Shown piece by piece: positions 59,442 through 64,000 of a stretch of 64,000 nt of DNA. Both the position numbers and the translations under genes were made by a program. The notes under the pieces were generated by a model. That model did not search any database and was not told the DNA's origin. It was given only the letters and a program-made list of their open reading frames with translations. The stretch comes from a bacterium (GTDB lineage Bacteria; Patescibacteriota; Minisyncoccia; UBA6257; 02-FULL-45-10c). Location of the stretch: positions 19,707 to 83,706 of the forward strand of contig JAUSKT010000021.1 of assembly GCA_030646915.1 (NCBI GenBank), read 5' to 3'. Each line of letters begins with the position of its first letter. Position 1 is the first letter of the stretch.

Positions 59442-60584
59442 ATGATACCTTACGGACATCAATCTATAGATGACTCTGATATAAAAGCGGTTATAAAGGT
59501 TTTAAAATCAGATTGGCTTAGCCAGGGCCCTAAGATTGCTGAATTTGAAGAGGCTTTAGCTAAATATTGCGGCGCCAAATACGCTGTGATTTTTTCCAGC
59601 GGTACTGCGGCGCTTCATGCAGCTTATTTTTCAGCAGGATTGAAATCGGGAGATGAATTCATTACTACTCCATTAACTTTTGCCGCAACTGGCAATGCCG
59701 GTCTTTATTTAGGCGCAAAGCCGGTTTTTGCCGATATTGGAGAAGATTTGAATTTGGATCCTGAAGAAACGGTTAAAAAAATAAACTCCAAGACCAAACT
59801 TATTTCTGTGGTGGATTTTGCTGGGTTGCCGGCTAAATTGGATGAATTGAAAAAAATCGCCCGTAAACATAATTTAGTTTTAGTGGAAGACGGATGCCAT
59901 GCGCTGGGAGCAAGCTATAAGGGTAAAAAAATCGGTTCCGTCGCTGATATGACGGCATTTAGTTTTCATCCGGTAAAATCCATTACTACAGGAGAAGGCG
60001 GCGCGGTGCTTACTGACAATAAAGATTACTATGAAAAAATGAAAGTTTTCCGCCATCATGGAATCGTGCGCGACCCATCCAAATTCAAAAATAAATCAGA
60101 TGGCGATTGGTATCATGAAATGCAGGAGCTTGGATTCAATTATCGGATTACTGATATCCAGGCGGCTCTGGGAATTTCCCAGCTGAAAAGACTGGATAAA
60201 TTTATAAAGGCAAGAAAGAAAATTGCATCAGCTTATAACCAAGCTTTCAAGAAATTTTCTGATAAAATAAAACTTCCGTCAGACAGCAAAGATTTTTCTT
60301 CATCTTGGCATATTTATATTTTAAGATTAAAAGGAAAATTAGAAAAAAAACGCGCAGAGGTTTTCAAAAAATTAAGAGAAGCAGGAATTGGAGCGCAGGT
60401 CCATTATTTGCCGGTTTATCTGCATCCGTATTATCAGTCTTTGGGCTATAAAAAGGGTTTATGCCCGAAAGCGGAAGAATATTATGAAACAGCCATTTCT
60501 TTACCGATTTTCCCAGATCTAAAATTAAAAGACCAGCAATTTGTAATTAAAAAACTCAATGAAATCCTTAAAAGTTATTTGTGA
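59442..60584 (+). CDS. pseC: UDP-4-amino-4,6-dideoxy-N-acetyl-beta-L-altrosamine transaminase (PseC, DegT family)
   Basis: FSFHPVKSITTGEGGAVLTDN; KMKVFRHHG; GAQVHYLPVY. Confidence 0.88.
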   Translation: MIPYGHQSIDDSDIKAVIKVLKSDWLSQGPKIAEFEEALAKYCGAKYAVIFSSGTAALHAAYFSAGLKSGDEFITTPLTFAATGNAGLYLGAKPVFADIGEDLNLDPEETVKKINSKTKLISVVDFAGLPAKLDELKKIARKHNLVLVEDGCHALGASYKGKKIGSVADMTAFSFHPVKSITTGEGGAVLTDNKDYYEKMKVFRHHGIVRDPSKFKNKSDGDWYHEMQELGFNYRITDIQAALGISQLKRLDKFIKARKKIASAYNQAFKKFSDKIKLPSDSKDFSSSWHIYILRLKGKLEKKRAEVFKKLREAGIGAQVHYLPVYLHPYYQSLGYKKGLCPKAEEYYETAISLPIFPDLKLKDQQFVIKKLNEILKSYL

Positions 60585-61077
60585 AGTTTCCAATAAACAT
60601 TGCCATTTGACTGAAGAAGCTTTAAAAAAATCCGGACTGAATTTAACGAAATTAAAGGACTTATCTCAACCAGGACAGTGGGTCAGTAAAGAATATTATA
60701 ATGATGGTCAGGATAATTTTCGGGTTATTTTGCCTTCGAGAGAAACGGATCAATTTGAGCTTTCTTTAACTGATTGGATTAAGCGTTTTGGCCGAGATGC
60801 AGAACCAAAATGGAAAAGAAATAAAGAGTCCGGATATGTAGTAACTTTGCGCCACCTCCATATTTCCGATTTGCAAGCTGAAGAGCTTGGCCTTAAAGAT
60901 GGAGATTTTGTTTCTATCAGAAATATCGGAATAAGAGCGGGTCAGTTCGATAAAGTTTTAGTTCGAGTGAATTCCAATTTTGATTTTCGAGTGCATTTAG
61001 ATACTGATGAAGCCAATGCGCTTTATATAAAAAATGGAGATGAGGTAGAATTAGTTTTATCTAATAAAAGAACCTAA
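60559..61077 (+). CDS. PduL-type phosphate acyltransferase (phosphotransacylase)
   Basis: Two PduL repeats: VSNKHCHLT and VTLRHLHIS. LSQPGQW. HLDTDEANA (compare Salmonella PduL HIDTDEANA). Overlaps the pseC 3' end by 26 nt. Confidence 0.75.
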   Translation: MKSLKVICEVSNKHCHLTEEALKKSGLNLTKLKDLSQPGQWVSKEYYNDGQDNFRVILPSRETDQFELSLTDWIKRFGRDAEPKWKRNKESGYVVTLRHLHISDLQAEELGLKDGDFVSIRNIGIRAGQFDKVLVRVNSNFDFRVHLDTDEANALYIKNGDEVELVLSNKRT

Positions 61078-61095
61078 ATATTTCAAGTAATATAT

Positions 61096-62058
61096 ATGCA
61101 CAATAAAAAATTAAACTCTATTATGATTGTTGGGCTTGGTTCTATTGGCCGGCGGCATCTTAAAAATGTTTTGGCATTGGGGTATCGCAACGTGAGCGGT
61201 GTAGAGCCGAATAAAAAAAATGCTACAGCTGTGCAGGAAGAATTTTCTATTTCTGTGTATAATTCTTTGCAATTTGGTTTAAAGCAGGCGAAACCAGATG
61301 CAGTTTTTATATGCTCTCCTACAAATTTTCATATTTTAAACGCAATGGCTGCCCTTCGCGCTGGCTCGCACATTTTTATTGAAAAACCGTTATCAGTAAA
61401 TTTAAAAGGCGTTGATAATCTTATTCATTTGGCAAAACAAAAGAAAAAAATAGCAATGGTAGCTTGCAATTATCTTTTTCATCACGGATTTCAAAAATTG
61501 CAAAAAATTTTAGCGCAAAAAATTTACGGAAAACCGCTTTTTTGCCGGGTTACGGTTAGTTATTACTTGCCAACAGCCCGGAAAAATTCTAATTATAAAA
61601 ATCTTTATGCGGCGAGAAAAAATCAAGGCGGGGGAGTGGTTTTAGATTCCGGCAGCCATACAGTTAATTATTTACAGAATCTTTTCGGAAAAATAAAAAA
61701 AAGCGAGATAATTACTAGCAAACTTCATTCTTTAGGAATTCAAAGCGAAGAAGCTGCAGTTTTGGTATTGGAACATGCCAATGGGATTTTGAGCACTATT
61801 TCTCTAGATTATTTAAGTAAAAAACCTATTCATCGGCTGGAAGTAGTTACTGATCGAGGGTTGTTGATTTTAGATATCAAAGATGACTTCCTAGTATTTA
61901 AAGACGGTAAAAATAAAAAAGTGATTTATAAAGGCAATGGGGGTGCGAACCAGATGTTTCTTGATGAATTGAAATATTTTTTTCACTCTCTTAAAGAGAG
62001 AAAAAAACCGCTACAAGATTTAGAAGAGGCAAAAGAAATATTAAAAATTTTGGTTTAA
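61096..62058 (+). CDS. Gfo/Idh/MocA-family NAD(P)-dependent oxidoreductase
   Basis: IMIVGLGSIGRRHL N-terminal Rossmann; EKPLS motif. Confidence 0.85.
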   Translation: MHNKKLNSIMIVGLGSIGRRHLKNVLALGYRNVSGVEPNKKNATAVQEEFSISVYNSLQFGLKQAKPDAVFICSPTNFHILNAMAALRAGSHIFIEKPLSVNLKGVDNLIHLAKQKKKIAMVACNYLFHHGFQKLQKILAQKIYGKPLFCRVTVSYYLPTARKNSNYKNLYAARKNQGGGVVLDSGSHTVNYLQNLFGKIKKSEIITSKLHSLGIQSEEAAVLVLEHANGILSTISLDYLSKKPIHRLEVVTDRGLLILDIKDDFLVFKDGKNKKVIYKGNGGANQMFLDELKYFFHSLKERKKPLQDLEEAKEILKILV

Positions 62059-62070
62059 CTTAGTTATAAG

Positions 62071-63411
62071 TTGGTTAGTTCTAATAATATGGCTATCAAA
62101 AACCAAAAAGGGATTGCTTTATGGAATAGAGCAAAAAAAATTATTCCCGGCGGGAGCCAGCTTTTATCTAAGCGTTCGGAAATGTTTTTGCCGGATCAAT
62201 GGCCTTCTTATTATAAAAAAGCTAAAGGCATTGAAATTCTAGATTTAGACGGTAAAAAATATATGGATTTTTCTATTATGGGCGTCGGTTCCTGCGCGCT
62301 TGGTTATGCTGATCCGGATGTGAATAAGGCAGTAAAATCTGCGATAGATAACGGTTCAATGTCAACTCTTAATTGTCCAGAGGAAGTGGAATTAGCAGAG
62401 CTTTTAATTAAATTGCACCCTTGGGCAAAAATGGCCCGCTATGCAAGGACTGGCGGGGAAGCAATGGCAGTGGCGGTGAGAATTGCCCGCGCTTACAGCG
62501 GCAAGGAAAAGGTAGTTTTTTGCGGCTATCATGGCTGGTCAGATTGGTATTTGGCCGCGAATTTAGCCGATCAGAAAAATTTAGACGGGCATTTGCTTCC
62601 AGGCTTGGAACCTGCAGGAGTTCCTCGTTCTCTTAGAGGAACAACGCTGGCTTTTTCATATAACCATATTGATGAATTAGAGAAGCTTGTAAAAGAAAAT
62701 AACGATATAGGCGTTATTGTAGTTGAACCATTTAGGCATCAACAGCCCCAAAATGATTTTTTAAAAAAGGTAAAAAAGATTGCCGAAAAAATCGGGGCAG
62801 TATTGATTTTTGATGAAGTTACCATTGCTTGGCGACTGAATGCCGGCGGCGTGCATCTTTTATATCGAGTTAATCCGGATATTGCTGTTTTGGGCAAAGC
62901 TATGAGTAATGGCTATCCGATGGCGGCGATTATTGGGCGGGAGGAAGTCATGCAGGCAGCCCAAAAAACTTTTATTAGTAGTACTTATTGGACGGAGAGG
63001 ATCGGGCCGACTGCATCTTTGGCAACGATTAAAAAAATGCAAAAAGTTAATCTACCAAGGCATTTAAAGAAAATTGGCAAGATGATCGGTGATGGCTGGC
63101 AAAAATTAGCAAAAAAACATCAATTAAAATTAAATGTTATCGGACCAGAAGCTTTAATCACTTTTTCTTTTGATTATAAAGATGATAGCCAGGCGATCAG
63201 GACTTTATTTACCCAAGAAATGCTGAAGCGGGGATTTTTAGCTTCTTCCAGTGTTTACGTTTCTTATGCGCATAAGCCTTATCATGTGAAAAAATATTTG
63301 AAAACAGTTGATGAAGTATTTGGAATTATTAAAAAAGCGATTTCAGATAAAAGAATCACTACCATTCTTAACGGTCCGGTTTCTCATACTGGATTTAAGC
63401 GTCTTACTTAA
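62071..63411 (+). CDS. class III (glutamate-1-semialdehyde aminomutase-like) PLP-dependent aminotransferase
   Basis: GGSQLLSKR; IFDEVTIAWRLNAGG; 446 aa. Confidence 0.85.
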   Translation: MVSSNNMAIKNQKGIALWNRAKKIIPGGSQLLSKRSEMFLPDQWPSYYKKAKGIEILDLDGKKYMDFSIMGVGSCALGYADPDVNKAVKSAIDNGSMSTLNCPEEVELAELLIKLHPWAKMARYARTGGEAMAVAVRIARAYSGKEKVVFCGYHGWSDWYLAANLADQKNLDGHLLPGLEPAGVPRSLRGTTLAFSYNHIDELEKLVKENNDIGVIVVEPFRHQQPQNDFLKKVKKIAEKIGAVLIFDEVTIAWRLNAGGVHLLYRVNPDIAVLGKAMSNGYPMAAIIGREEVMQAAQKTFISSTYWTERIGPTASLATIKKMQKVNLPRHLKKIGKMIGDGWQKLAKKHQLKLNVIGPEALITFSFDYKDDSQAIRTLFTQEMLKRGFLASSSVYVSYAHKPYHVKKYLKTVDEVFGIIKKAISDKRITTILNGPVSHTGFKRLT

Positions 63412-63417
63412 AATTTA

Positions 63418-64000
63418 TGGTTACCGCAATAATTCAAGCTCGGATGGGTTCTACTCGACTGCAGGGTAAGGTTTTGAAAAAGGTTTTGGGCAAGACAATG
63501 CTGGAATATCAAATTGAGAGAGTAAAACGAGCCAAGACTATTAATCAGATTATTCTTGCAACCACCACTAATTCAGAGAATAAAAAAATTATCCAACTTG
63601 CTCAAAAATTAAAAGTTAGGGCGTTTGCCGGTTCAGAAAACGATGTATTGGACCGTTATTATCAGGCAGCTACAAGATTCGGCATTGATGATGTAATCGT
63701 AAGATTAACTGGCGATTGTCCGCTAACCGATCCTAATATCATCGATAGGGTAGTCAGATTTTATCTAAAAAATAAAAAAAGCTGCCAATATGCAAATAAT
63801 GTCGATCCGCCGACTTTTCCGGATGGCATGGATGTAGAAGTTTTTTCATTTAATATATTAAAAGAAGCATGGCAAAAAGCGGATTTGCTTTCGGAACGAG
63901 AACACGTGACTCCTTATATCAGGAATCATCCGGAAAAATTCAAAATTAAAAATTTAAAAAGCAGAAAAGATTTATCTCGCCCACGCTTGGTACTTGATAA
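63418..64000 (+). CDS. acylneuraminate / nonulosonate cytidylyltransferase family (PseF/NeuA/SpsF-like), truncated at window end
   Basis: MVTAIIQARMGSTRLQGKVLKKVLGK. No stop codon before position 64000. Confidence 0.75.

Noticed and set aside
1-64000. Alternative genetic code (UGA recoded, as in some CPR lineages).
   Set aside because: iscS and several other genes terminate at TGA with sensible C-termini, and long ORFs are intact under the standard code.

Overview
The window is low-GC (roughly 35%, higher in conserved enzymes), tightly packed and almost entirely coding. TGA is used as a stop codon (for example at the end of the cysteine desulfurase gene), so the standard bacterial code applies. 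Overall it looks like a small-genome, CPR/Patescibacteria-like bacterium; that is an inference from composition and gene content, not a database result.

Layout:
- 1-8.6 kb: housekeeping genes. These are a partial DEDD-type exonuclease, a DUF458-like protein, a cysteine desulfurase (IscS/NifS), a secreted coiled-coil protein, and ClpB preceded by a perfect CIRCE operator overlapping a consensus sigma70 promoter.
- 9.1-12.7 kb: a 1200-aa Thr/Gly/Ser-rich surface protein (S-layer-like) with a signal peptide, a peptidoglycan-binding domain and a 12-nt tandem repeat. It is preceded by a roughly 460-nt leader.
- 12.7-64 kb: one very large glycan biosynthesis and protein-glycosylation supercluster. 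It holds at least nine GT4 (GT-B) glycosyltransferases, five GT2 Dpm1-like polyprenyl-phosphate sugar synthases and ten polytopic membrane proteins of probable GT-C type (four with ArnT/PMT-like DE or YDEG loop motifs, three with a shared D[AD][AEN]xYY motif). Nucleotide-sugar branches present are dTDP (RfbA/RfbB plus FdtA/FdtB-like 3-amino-3,6-dideoxyhexose with several methyltransferases), GDP (two GDP-mannose 4,6-dehydratase paralogs, an Rmd/RmlD-like reductase, a TylCIII-like C-methyltransferase) and UDP (a UXS-like decarboxylase, a 4-epimerase-like SDR). It also contains a UbiA-family gene resembling decaprenyl-phosphate phosphoribosyltransferase next to a HAD phosphatase. At the 3' end is the start of a pseudaminic-acid-type cluster (PseB, PseC) with a PduL-type phosphotransacylase, a Gfo/Idh/MocA oxidoreductase, a class-III aminotransferase and a truncated cytidylyltransferase.

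Observations worth a second look:
- Dispersed in-frame 28-nt blocks of a 7-nt periodic motif (sense-strand GTCAAAT x4) in at least six coding sites, including an apparent roughly 10-aa insertion in IscS.
- A 4.8-kb GDP-sugar cassette flanked by direct repeats of a Dabb-family gene plus terminator.
- A T7 homopolymer that splits a methyltransferase.
- A family of ATCCCG...CGGGAT hairpins.
- Tandem GC-rich hairpins that may be an sRNA.

No rRNA, tRNA, CRISPR array or recognisable transposase was seen.
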